NCBI GenBank assembly: GCA_964244885.1
Contig: CAXTKD010000002.1
Location: 40,104-104,103, forward strand
From: an uncultured Sphingomonadaceae bacterium
Lineage (GTDB): Bacteria; Pseudomonadota; Alphaproteobacteria; Sphingomonadales; Sphingomonadaceae
Direction: 5' to 3'
Length of the DNA: 64,000 nucleotides
Both the position numbers and the translations under genes were made by a program. The notes below the pieces were generated by a model that saw only the letters and a list, made by a program, of their open reading frames with translations, was not told the DNA's origin and did not search any database. Position 1 is the first letter of the stretch. Each line of letters starts with the position of its first letter. Of the stretch, positions 34,990 to 42,784 are shown in pieces.

Positions 34990-35095
34990 GGGCTAGGGGC
35001 TCCGTCAGAAAAAATGTTGCGGTCGCGATACGAGGACCGATGAGGCGCAAGCCTAATGACACGCGGACCCCCGCGCCACCAGCCCGTCCAATGCC

Positions 35096-35120
35096 GGAAC
35101 CGCCGACCGCTTTTTTTGTT
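35096..35120 (+). promoter_or_regulatory. EcfG-type promoter candidate upstream of nepR (GGAAC-N16-TGTT)
   Basis: GGAAC is at 35096-35100 and TGTT at 35117-35120, about 90 nt upstream of the nepR ATG. Confidence 0.5.
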
Positions 35121-35207
35121 TCCTTGGAGCGACGATCACCTTACATCCCCGCGCCACCGCCTGCGGACAAACAGGCGGCGAACCGACAGAACCTGAAAAG
35201 GCTGGCG

Positions 35208-35387
35208 ATGGCGCGAAAACCGGAACAGCGAAACGCCCCTTGCCCCGCGCCCAAATCCCCCACGACGGACAGCGACGGCGACTCGCGGGCGGCGCATGTC
35301 GGCGGCCATCTGCGCGGCATTTACGATGACGTGCTGTCCGAGCGTGTTCCCGATGCTTTCGAGGACCTGCTCCGCAAGCTTGCCTGA
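35208..35387 (+). CDS. nepR: NepR anti-sigma factor (59 aa)
   Basis: The C-terminal core HLRGIYDDVLSERVPDAFEDLLRKLA matches the NepR consensus. It is divergent from phyR. The longer 115-aa ORF in the track would start upstream of the promoter. Confidence 0.8.
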   Translation: MARKPEQRNAPCPAPKSPTTDSDGDSRAAHVGGHLRGIYDDVLSERVPDAFEDLLRKLA

Positions 35388-35405
35388 GATCGAAGGCCGG
35401 GCGAG

Positions 35406-37082
35406 ATGAAGTCGGCGCGCTTCCTGCCGGCCCGCTGGTCGCTCTCGCGCCAGGTCATTATCGTCCTGGCGCTCGCGCTGCTGCCGCTCGGCATCCTCGC
35501 CGTCGTCGCGGCGGCCGACAATTATCGCGACTTCCGCGCCAGTCAGGCGGCGCTGGCACGCGTCCGCATCGACTATCTGCGCCGCGCCGCGACCGCCAGC
35601 CTCGACCAGGAATTCGCCATCCTGCAGGCCATGCTGCTCGCCGGCGACACCAGCCCCGCGATTCGCCGGGATTGCGACCGCCAGTTCACCCGGCTGGCGC
35701 GGATCGACCCGATCATCGACTCGCTGGAACGGCTCAACGCGCAGGGCGCGCTGCTTTGCGCGTCGGCGGGATCGGCGCTGCCGTCGCCGACGATGGTCGT
35801 GCCACCCGATGTGACGACCGCGAAAACCCGCTTCGCCCGGGCGGTCCTCCTCGACGAAGGCTCGCGCGAGCGCGATCTCGTGCTCGGCGTTCGCGACCTG
35901 AGCCTCGACGGGGCGGGCGACACCATCCTCGCCCGGGTCCGCCGCGCCGCCGCCGGCCGGTTGATCGACGGCGCCATCCTTCGCGGCGACGAGCATGTCC
36001 GCCTGCTGCGTTTCGGCGAGACCGTCGCAGCCTGGAACGGCCGCAACCGCCTCAACCCGCTGACCGAGGTCGACGTGGACCATCTCGGTCCGGTCGAACG
36101 CATCCAGCTTCGCAGCGGCGAGCAATGGTTCGTCGGCGCGACCTCGCTCGGCCCCTCTGGCTTTCAGCTCGCCCTGGCCCGGCCCGCCAACGACATCAGC
36201 CTCAGCCAGGCGCTCAACATCGCGCTGCCCATGGTGATGTGGATCGTGGCGCTGGTCACCGGCTGGGCGGCGATCAACTGGCTCGTCGTCCATCCGCTCG
36301 GCCGGATGCGCCGCGGCGTCGACCATTATGCCGAGGACCCGACCGTGCGGATCGCGGGCGACCGGGCGCGCAGCTACGAGATCGAGCAGTTCGGAATCGC
36401 CTTCGATCGCATGGCGGACCGGCTCGACACCCACGAGGACGACCTGCGCGAAGCGCTTGCCACGCAGAAGAAGTTGACGCGCGAGGTCCACCACCGGGTC
36501 AAGAACAACCTCCAGATCGTCTCCAGCCTGCTGAGCCTCCAGTCGCGCGACGCCGGCTCGCCCGAGGTGGCCTGCGCCTATGCGACGATCCAGAAACGCG
36601 TGAACGCGCTGGCGCTCGTCCACCGTTGGCTGTTCGACGACGAGGCGATGCGTGGCGTCGACTTCAAGAGCCTGTCGCACGATCTCTGCGCGGCGCTGGA
36701 GCAGAGCATCGCACAGTCGGAGAATGTCAGCCTCTCGATCATTCCGGATGTCGAGCGCATCTATGTCGGGCAGGACACCGCGGTCCCCCTGGCGTTCCTG
36801 ATCACCGAGCTGGTGACCGCCGCCTCGCGCCTCGACGGCAGCGTGATGACGATCCAGATCTCGGCCCGCGCCCACGGCGACCGCGCGACGATGTGCATCG
36901 AGGCGCACAGTTTCCGCGACGTCGACCCGTTCGCCCCCGGCAGCGCCGATCCCTCCGCCCGGATCGTCCAGGGCATGGCGCGGCAGATGCGGAGCGCCCT
37001 GACTCACGATCCGCGAAAGGGCACTTACGCGATCGACTTCCCCGTCGCGCCTCCGGCCGGCGCGGCGTCGCCGAAAGGGTAA
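35406..37082 (+). CDS. HWE/HisKA_2-family sensor histidine kinase (PhyK-like by context)
   Basis: An N-terminal TM segment, a periplasmic region, a second TM segment and a HAMP-like linker are followed by the H-box TREVHHRVKNNLQIVSSLLSLQSR. It is directly downstream of nepR. Confidence 0.9.
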   Translation: MKSARFLPARWSLSRQVIIVLALALLPLGILAVVAAADNYRDFRASQAALARVRIDYLRRAATASLDQEFAILQAMLLAGDTSPAIRRDCDRQFTRLARIDPIIDSLERLNAQGALLCASAGSALPSPTMVVPPDVTTAKTRFARAVLLDEGSRERDLVLGVRDLSLDGAGDTILARVRRAAAGRLIDGAILRGDEHVRLLRFGETVAAWNGRNRLNPLTEVDVDHLGPVERIQLRSGEQWFVGATSLGPSGFQLALARPANDISLSQALNIALPMVMWIVALVTGWAAINWLVVHPLGRMRRGVDHYAEDPTVRIAGDRARSYEIEQFGIAFDRMADRLDTHEDDLREALATQKKLTREVHHRVKNNLQIVSSLLSLQSRDAGSPEVACAYATIQKRVNALALVHRWLFDDEAMRGVDFKSLSHDLCAALEQSIAQSENVSLSIIPDVERIYVGQDTAVPLAFLITELVTAASRLDGSVMTIQISARAHGDRATMCIEAHSFRDVDPFAPGSADPSARIVQGMARQMRSALTHDPRKGTYAIDFPVAPPAGAASPKG

Positions 37083-37115
37083 GACCGCGTTCGCGAATTT
37101 TATTTGAAAAAAATT

Positions 37116-37140
37116 GGAACCCGAGCCCGCATCGATGGTT
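37116..37140 (+). promoter_or_regulatory. EcfG-type promoter candidate (GGAAC-N16-GGTT)
   Basis: GGAAC is at 37116-37120 and GGTT at 37137-37140, in the AT-rich spacer after the kinase stop. Confidence 0.45.
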
Positions 37141-37146
37141 CATGTC

Positions 37147-37235
37147 GTCGGATAGTGATCTTTGCCCCCCGCTCTTGCTATCCATCCGAGCCCGGAAGCG
37201 TCCACCCCCCGAACGCTTCCGGGCTCATTCTATGT
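37147..37235 (+). ncRNA. Second candidate EcfG-dependent small RNA with a C-rich loop
   Basis: A perfect 13-bp stem GAGCCCGGAAGCG/CGCTTCCGGGCTC (37188-37200 and 37214-37226) encloses the loop TCCACCCCCCGAA. An upstream GCCCCCCGC run is present. The U-tail is weak (CATTCT), so read-through into the entericidin gene is possible. Confidence 0.35.
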
Positions 37236-37274
37236 CCGGGGCAGATCATTCATCGCATAAGAGGTTTCGCATCC

Positions 37275-37300
37275 GGAACCTTCCCGCCGCACCAGCGGTT
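37275..37300 (+). promoter_or_regulatory. EcfG-type promoter candidate upstream of the entericidin gene (GGAAC-N17-GGTT)
   Basis: GGAAC is at 37275-37279 and GGTT at 37297-37300, about 37 nt upstream of the ATG. Confidence 0.5.
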
Positions 37301-37336
37301 GAGGCTTCGGGTTCAGCACCACCAAAGGAGTATCTC

Positions 37337-37474
37337 ATGGTTCGCAAGATCGTAACCGTCGCCGCCATCGTCAGCGGCCTCGCGCTCACCGCCTGCAACA
37401 CCGTCGAGGGCGCCGGCAAGGACGTCAGCTCGGTCGGCAAGACCGTTGCAAAGACGGCCGACGGCGCCAAGTAA
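37337..37474 (+). CDS. Entericidin EcnA/B-family small lipoprotein (45 aa), not in the ORF track
   Basis: My translation is MVRKIVTVAAIVSGLALTACNTVEGAGKDVSSVGKTVAKTADGAK, with lipobox LTAC and the entericidin-like NTVEGAGKDV motif. The RBS AAAGGAG lies 6 nt upstream. Confidence 0.75.
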   Translation: MVRKIVTVAAIVSGLALTACNTVEGAGKDVSSVGKTVAKTADGAK

Positions 37475-37490
37475 GCGTAAGCGTTCAAGG

Positions 37491-37528
37491 AAAAGGGCGT
37501 CGTCCTCGCGGACGGCGCCCTTTTCTCT
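37491..37528 (+). terminator. Intrinsic terminator after the entericidin gene
   Basis: GGGCGTCGTCC-TCGC-GGACGGCGCCC (one G-U pair) is followed by TTTTCTCT. Confidence 0.6.
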
Positions 37529-37548
37529 GCCGGTGTTCGCGCAAGCAC

Positions 37549-37839
37549 CTAACCGGCCATGTCCTCCTTGATACGATCGACCCACTCGCGCCCGACGTCC
37601 CCGCCCCACAGCAGCCAGGCGATGTAGCCGGCCGACGGGTCGGACTCGTCGCCCCACACCTTCGTCTTCGCCTGCTTATCGACCTCGTGCCGGGCGAAAT
37701 AGGCGGAGATCGTGCGGATGTCCTTGGGGCTCAGCGCCTCGCGCCGCGACAATTGCCCGGCGCGCGCCACGCCGACGTGGGTGCCGCCCCGCCCGAACTT
37801 CGCACGCAGCGTCAGGCCCCTGGCGGCCGCCGCGGCCAT
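37549..37839 (-). CDS. Conserved hypothetical protein (96 aa)
   Basis: The ORF begins 14 nt after the tatC stop. I recognise no family, and the motif YFARHEVDK...AGYIAWLLWGGDVGREW is unassigned. Confidence 0.55.
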   Translation of the reverse strand: MAAAAARGLTLRAKFGRGGTHVGVARAGQLSRREALSPKDIRTISAYFARHEVDKQAKTKVWGDESDPSAGYIAWLLWGGDVGREWVDRIKEDMAG

Positions 37840-37853
37840 CGCGGCGGGCGGCT

Positions 37854-38648
37854 TCAGCTCGATGGCGCTTCGTCCGGGATGACGGCGGGGAGCGCGGGAA
37901 CCGCCTTGGCGCGCTTGCGCTCGGTGAACCAGATGCCGATCAGCGCCGCTTCGTAGAGCAGGATCAGCGGGATCGCGAGGAGGAGCTGCGACATAACGTC
38001 GGGCGGCGTCAGCACCGCCGCGATGATCGTCGCGCCGACGATCGCATAGCGCCGTCCGCCGACGAGCTGCGCCCGGGTGACGATCCCCGCGCGCTCCAGC
38101 AGCATCAGCAGGATCGGCAGCAGGAAGGACACGCCGAACGCGATGATGAACTGCATCACCGTCGATAGATATTCGGCGATAGACGGCAGCGCGTCGATCT
38201 TCAGGTCGGTGGTGTTCTGCTGGTAGCCAAGCAGGAAGCGGAAGGCCATCGGCATCACGACGTAATAGGCAAGCGCCGCGCCCATCGTGAACAGCACCGG
38301 GGTCGCCAGCAGGAAAGGCAGGAACGCCCGTTTTTCCTGCTTGTAGAGACCCGGCGCGACAAACAGCCAGATCTGGTTGGCGATCACCGGAAAGGCGATC
38401 AGGAACGCCGCGAACAGCGCCACCTTAATGTTGGTGAAGAACGCCTCGTACAGCTTGGTGTAGATCAGCGGCTTGTCGTTCCCGGCGGCGTCCAGATAGG
38501 GCTGTGCGAGGAAGCGGAAAATCGCCTTGGAATAGTAAAAGGCGATGCCGAACGCCACGGCGAGCGCCAGCACGCAATAGATCAGGCGGCGCCTGAGCTC
38601 GATCAGATGGTCGAGCAAGGGCGCCTTGCTGTCCTCGACCTCGCTCAT
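37854..38648 (-). CDS. tatC: Twin-arginine translocase subunit TatC
   Basis: APLLDHLIELRRRLIYCVLALAVAF... with 6 TM segments, the typical TatC pattern. Confidence 0.95.
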   Translation of the reverse strand: MSEVEDSKAPLLDHLIELRRRLIYCVLALAVAFGIAFYYSKAIFRFLAQPYLDAAGNDKPLIYTKLYEAFFTNIKVALFAAFLIAFPVIANQIWLFVAPGLYKQEKRAFLPFLLATPVLFTMGAALAYYVVMPMAFRFLLGYQQNTTDLKIDALPSIAEYLSTVMQFIIAFGVSFLLPILLMLLERAGIVTRAQLVGGRRYAIVGATIIAAVLTPPDVMSQLLLAIPLILLYEAALIGIWFTERKRAKAVPALPAVIPDEAPSS

Positions 38649-39067
38649 GGCTTGTCCGGCGTCAGGTGGGGCGCGGGGATCGCCGGCGGCTCAGGCAGAT
38701 GCGTAGCGACGCCCGGCGGGTCGAAGCTCGCGGGCGCGGCAAGCGCCGCGTCCTGCGCCGCAAACAGCGCCGCGCGCTGCTCGGGAGTCGCCGCGTCGGC
38801 ATGGTCGGCGGCACGCTCGGGATCGGTGAGTGACGGCGTCGCCTTCATGATCTCGGCGTTCTGCGCCGCCCACTGCTTGCTCATCTCCTCAAGCTCGGAC
38901 TCGCGGATCATCGTGTCGATGCCGGTGCGGAAGTGCCGCGCCATGCCGCGCGCCTTGCCGACCCACTGGCCGACCTGGCGCAGCACGCGCGGAAGATCCT
39001 TCGGCCCGATGACGACAAGCGCCACGATGCCGATCAGCAGGAACTCCGAATACCCGATGTCGAACAT
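38645..39067 (-). CDS. tatB: Twin-arginine translocase subunit TatB
   Basis: MFDIGYSEFLLIGIVALVVIGPKDLPRVLRQVGQWVGKARG. Confidence 0.85.
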   Translation of the reverse strand: MFDIGYSEFLLIGIVALVVIGPKDLPRVLRQVGQWVGKARGMARHFRTGIDTMIRESELEEMSKQWAAQNAEIMKATPSLTDPERAADHADAATPEQRAALFAAQDAALAAPASFDPPGVATHLPEPPAIPAPHLTPDKP

Positions 39068-39076
39068 GAGGGGCGG

Positions 39077-39358
39077 CTACGGCAGCGTCGTGTCTTTGGG
39101 CGCGGCGACCAGGGTATCGGACGCGGTCGCGACCGGCGGCTCCATCGGCTGGAGCGGCGCCTGAGCCACCTGGAGCGGCGGCTGCGGCTGGGCCGGCGGG
39201 GTATAGGCCGTCGTCGTCGGCTCGTCGGCCATGCCCTGCTTGAAACTCTTTATGCCCTTGGCGAGATCGCCCATCATGTCCGAGATCCGGCCCTTGCCGA
39301 ACAGCAGCATGATGACCAGCGCCACGATCACCCAATGCCAGATGCTCATCGAACCCAT
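39077..39358 (-). CDS. tatA: Twin-arginine translocase subunit TatA
   Basis: [42 protein letters not shown]. Confidence 0.9.
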   Translation of the reverse strand: MGSMSIWHWVIVALVIMLLFGKGRISDMMGDLAKGIKSFKQGMADEPTTTAYTPPAQPQPPLQVAQAPLQPMEPPVATASDTLVAAPKDTTLP

Positions 39359-39488
39359 GACGGGTCTCCTTCTTGGTCTCGCTTGCCGAGGTAAGGCGCG
39401 CGCGGGCGGTTTACTAGCGCGTGGCGGCCCCGGGCGCTAGGTCCGCGTCGTCGCAACCGCTCTGGGCGCTGTCCGGAATCGAACTCTA

Positions 39489-39510
39489 GGGTGTCCGCAA
39501 GCGGACACCC
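39489..39510. promoter_or_regulatory. Perfect 22-bp palindrome in the tatA / repeat-protein intergenic region
   Basis: GGGTGTCCGCAAGCGGACACCC is its own reverse complement. Its function is unknown; it could be an operator or a short hairpin. Confidence 0.3.
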
Positions 39511-39597
39511 GCCCGGTTGCTCCCTCTTGAGACGAGATGGCCCGGAAGTTGCAGCGGCCCTGGCGCGACGTGGGTCGCCGTCAGGGAGAAATCGAAA

Positions 39598-40242
39598 ATG
39601 AACGGGTATCACATCATATCGCGCAGCGTGTTCCGTCGCGCTGCCGCCGTCGCCTTGATGGCGCTCTCCGGCGTCTCGGCACTCGCCCTGCCGTCGGCAA
39701 CCGCGCGCGGGGCGGAGGTCGCCGATCGCGACGGCTACGTCCTGCTCACCTCGTCACGCGGCCACGACGCCGTAATGAGCGGAACGACCGAGGATCTCCG
39801 CCGCGCAAGAGCGCTGCGCACCGCTGGCGGAGCGCTGCTTTACGTCCGGCAAGGCGGCCACGCCTATGTTGTTCGCGACCCCGCCTTGCTTGCCCAGGCT
39901 AAGTCGTTCTTCGAGCCGCAGGAGGTGATCGGCGGGCGGCAGGCCGAGCTCGGTTTGCGGCAATCGGCGCTCGGGTCGCGCCAGAGCGCGCTAGGCGCGC
40001 AACAAGCCCGGCTTGGCGCCCAGCAGGCCGGCGTGTCGGGGCAGCGTGCCGACGACCTTGGCCGCCAGCAAGACGCCCTCGGTCGCCAGCAGGGCGAGCT
40101 GGGACGTCAGCAGAATTCGCTGGGCCGGCAACAGGATACGCTCGGCCGCGAGCAGGATCGGCTGGCGCGCGAGGCGGAGGCCAAGCTCCACGCGCTCTTC
40201 GACAACGCCTTGCGGCAGGGGGTGGCGCAGCGTGTCGAATAA
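39598..40242 (+). CDS. Secreted protein with about 11 tandem 7-residue LGxxQxx repeats
   Basis: The ATG at 39598 is preceded by GGGAGA. Signal peptide AAAVALMALSGVSALALPSATA, then repeats LGLRQSA LGSRQSA LGAQQAR LGAQQAG ... LGRQQDA LGRQQGE LGRQQNS LGRQQDT LGREQDR. Confidence 0.6.
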   Translation: MNGYHIISRSVFRRAAAVALMALSGVSALALPSATARGAEVADRDGYVLLTSSRGHDAVMSGTTEDLRRARALRTAGGALLYVRQGGHAYVVRDPALLAQAKSFFEPQEVIGGRQAELGLRQSALGSRQSALGAQQARLGAQQAGVSGQRADDLGRQQDALGRQQGELGRQQNSLGRQQDTLGREQDRLAREAEAKLHALFDNALRQGVAQRVE

Positions 40243-40257
40243 CTCGTGGCAAAGTCC

Positions 40258-40878
40258 TTAGTCTTCGTCGGAAAGCTCGGGGAAGAGTTCGGGCTCATCG
40301 TCGCTTGCTTCGTCCGGCGCCTCGGTGGGAAACGCCGGCATCGCGGCGTCGATCGGGTCGAGCAGGCCCGCCGCCTTGAGGTCCGCGAGCCCCGGCAGGT
40401 CGCGCCGGCTGGCGAGCCCGAAATGCGCGAGGAAGGCGGGCGTCGTCGCGTAGAGCAACGGCCGTCCCGGCGACTCGCGCCGCCCGGCGGGCCGCACCCA
40501 GCCCGCCTCCATCAGCACGTCGAGCGTGCCCTTGGAGATGGTGACGCCGCGAATCTCCTCGATCTGCGCGCGCGTCGCGGGCTCGTGATAGGCGACGATC
40601 GCGAGCGTCTCGAGCGCCGCGCGGGAGAGCTTGCGCGCCTCGTCGCGCTCGCGGCGCAGGATGTGGCTCAGGTCGGCGGCGGTCTGGAACAGCCACCGCC
40701 CGCCGCGCTCGACAAGGGTGACTCCGCGCGCCTCATAGCCCGCCGCCAGCTCGCCCAGCGCCAGCTCAAGCCCCACCTCGCCACGCGGAAGGTAGGCGCC
40801 GATCTCCGCCGGGGTCAGCGGTCCCTCGGCGGCGAACAGGATCGCCTCGACCATGCGGATCGTCTCGGGATCGCTCAT
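40258..40878 (-). CDS. scpB: Segregation and condensation protein B
   Basis: MVEAILFAAEGPLTPAEI...LSRAALETLAIVAYHEPATRAQIEEIRGV...GRPLLYATTPAFLAHFGL. Confidence 0.9.
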   Translation of the reverse strand: MSDPETIRMVEAILFAAEGPLTPAEIGAYLPRGEVGLELALGELAAGYEARGVTLVERGGRWLFQTAADLSHILRRERDEARKLSRAALETLAIVAYHEPATRAQIEEIRGVTISKGTLDVLMEAGWVRPAGRRESPGRPLLYATTPAFLAHFGLASRRDLPGLADLKAAGLLDPIDAAMPAFPTEAPDEASDDEPELFPELSDED

Positions 40879-41639
40879 GCGCGCCGCCTCAGCCGCAGCG
40901 TGCCGAACGCCTCGGCCTGCGAAAGGTCGATACTGCCCTGCTTCGCCAGCTCGAGCGCGGCGACGAAGGTGCTGGCGAGCGCCGAGCGGCTGTAGTCCGC
41001 GTCCTCGCTCTCGGGCAGGAAACGGCGGAGGTCGGTCCAGTCGATCGCAATCCCCAGCATCGCTTCCAGCCGCTCGATCGCCTCGTCCAGCGCCAGCACG
41101 GGCCGCCGGCTGATCGCATAGACCTGCGTCTCGCTCCGCGCCCTGATGTCGCCATAGGCCTTGAGCAGCTCGTAGAGCGACACCTCGATCGCCGAGGACT
41201 GGACGGTCCGCAAGCCTTCGGGCGCCCCCCTCGCCATCACGTCCCGCCCCAGACGGTCGCGCGCCATGAGGCGGGCCGCCGCCTCGCGCATCGCGTCGAG
41301 CCGCTGGAGCTGCATCTGCAGCCGCAGCGCCAGCTCCTCCGCGGACGGCTCGTCCTGCGCTTCCTTGGGGAGGAGCAGCGCCGACTTGAGGTAGGTCAGC
41401 CACGCCGCCATCACGAGATAGTCGGCGGCGAGCTCCAGCCGCAGGCTCTTGGCCTTGTTGACGAACACCAGATACTGATCGACGAGCGCGAGGATCGAGA
41501 TTTTCGCTAGATCGACCTTCTGCCCGCGCGCCAGCTCCAGCAGCAGATCGAGCGGCCCCTCCCACACGCCGAGCGCGAGGGTGAGCGTCTCCTCCTCGGG
41601 AGTTGCCCTGACGGGCAGTTCGAAGGTGTCCAAACTCAT
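40875..41639 (-). CDS. scpA: Segregation and condensation protein A
   Basis: WEGPLDLLLELARGQKVDLAKISILALVDQYL...ELAADYLVMAAWLTYLKS. Confidence 0.9.
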   Translation of the reverse strand: MSLDTFELPVRATPEEETLTLALGVWEGPLDLLLELARGQKVDLAKISILALVDQYLVFVNKAKSLRLELAADYLVMAAWLTYLKSALLLPKEAQDEPSAEELALRLQMQLQRLDAMREAAARLMARDRLGRDVMARGAPEGLRTVQSSAIEVSLYELLKAYGDIRARSETQVYAISRRPVLALDEAIERLEAMLGIAIDWTDLRRFLPESEDADYSRSALASTFVAALELAKQGSIDLSQAEAFGTLRLRRRA

Positions 41640-41641
41640 AA

Positions 41642-41756
41642 AATCCCCTCCCCTTGAGGGGAGGGGTTGGGGTGGGGTGCACCGCCGGGCGAGATGCTCA
41701 GCATCATTGCCCCGCGTTTCTCCCCACCCCTACCCCTCCCCGCTGGGGAGGGGATT
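41642..41756. repeat. Family B 115-bp hairpin repeat, copy 2
   Basis: By eye about 90 percent identical to 10621-10735 and in the same orientation. It lies between scpA and nagZ. Confidence 0.85.
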
Positions 41757-41775
41757 TCGGAAGAAGGGAAAAGCC

Positions 41776-42780
41776 TCACGCCACCGCCAGCAGCGCGTCG
41801 CGCTTGGCCATCAGCGCGGCGAGGTCGCCCGGGGTGCCGCCCGCCGCCCACGCCATCGCGCGCTCCAGCCGGGCGGCGCCCACGTCGCTGATCGACGATA
41901 CCGCCTTCACGACCTCGGCCATCTCCTCGAAGACGCCCGAGCAGTGCAGCGCGATATCGCAGCCCGCGTCGAGCACCCCCGCCGCACGCTCGGCGAACGA
42001 GCCCTTCAGCGCCTGCATGCCGAGATCGTCGGACATCAGCAGCCCGTCGAACCCGATCTCGCCGCGGATGATGTCGGCGATCACCTTGGCGGAGAGCGAG
42101 GCGCAATTGTCGGGGTCGAGCGCGGTGTAGACGACGTGCGCGGTCATCGCCATCGGCGCGTCCTTGAGCTTCCTGAACGGCGCGATGTCGATGTCGAGCT
42201 CCTCGCGCGACGCGGTCACCACCGGCAGCTCGACATGGCTGTCCGCCGCCGCCCGACCATGCCCCGGCACATGCTTGACGACGCCGACAACGCCGCCCGC
42301 CTGCAGCCCTTTCAGCGTCGCGTCGCCCAGCGCCGCCACGCGCATCGGCTCGGTGCCGTAGGCGCGGTCGCCGATGATGTCGTGCGCGCCCGGCACCGGC
42401 ACGTCCAGTACCGGCAGGCAATCGACGTTGATGCCGAGACCTCTCAGCATCGCCGCCAGCGCCATCGCGTTGAGCCGCGCCGCCTCCAGCCCGGACAGCG
42501 GCGCGGCCTCGTAGAGACGCCCGAAAGCCGCGCCGTTGGGAAACAGCGGCCAGTTCGGCGCCGCCAGCCGCGCGACGCGGCCGCCCTCCTGGTCGATCAG
42601 GATCGGAACGTCGTCGCGCCCCGACAAGTCCCGCAGCGAATCCGTCAGCGCCCGCACCTGCTCGGGATCGGCGACGTTGCGCTTGAACAAGATGTAGCCC
42701 GCCGGCTCGGCCTCGCGGAACAGCCCGCGCTCGGCGTCGGTCAGCGCGAGGCCCGAGAGCCCCAGAAACAGCGGCGTCAT
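41776..42780 (-). CDS. nagZ: Beta-N-acetylhexosaminidase (GH3)
   Basis: ILIDQEGGRVARL...KHVPGHGRAAADSH...LLMSDDLGMQAL. The ATG is at 42780. Confidence 0.9.
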   Translation of the reverse strand: MTPLFLGLSGLALTDAERGLFREAEPAGYILFKRNVADPEQVRALTDSLRDLSGRDDVPILIDQEGGRVARLAAPNWPLFPNGAAFGRLYEAAPLSGLEAARLNAMALAAMLRGLGINVDCLPVLDVPVPGAHDIIGDRAYGTEPMRVAALGDATLKGLQAGGVVGVVKHVPGHGRAAADSHVELPVVTASREELDIDIAPFRKLKDAPMAMTAHVVYTALDPDNCASLSAKVIADIIRGEIGFDGLLMSDDLGMQALKGSFAERAAGVLDAGCDIALHCSGVFEEMAEVVKAVSSISDVGAARLERAMAWAAGGTPGDLAALMAKRDALLAVA

Positions 42781-42784
42781 GACT

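Noticed and set aside
34990-35095. An EcfG-type promoter for phyR on the minus strand
   Set aside because: I found no GGAAC-N16/17-CGTT-like match in the minus-strand orientation in the phyR-nepR spacer. Only the plus-strand (nepR) match is present.
35040-35387. 115-aa version of nepR
   Set aside because: It would start upstream of the EcfG-type promoter at 35096-35120. Only the last 59 codons (ATG 35208) fit NepR size and sequence.
39945-40160. Non-coding 21-bp tandem repeat / VNTR
   Set aside because: The periodicity is in frame within an ORF that has a good RBS and signal peptide, and it encodes a regular LGxxQxx heptad. It is therefore treated as coding repeats.
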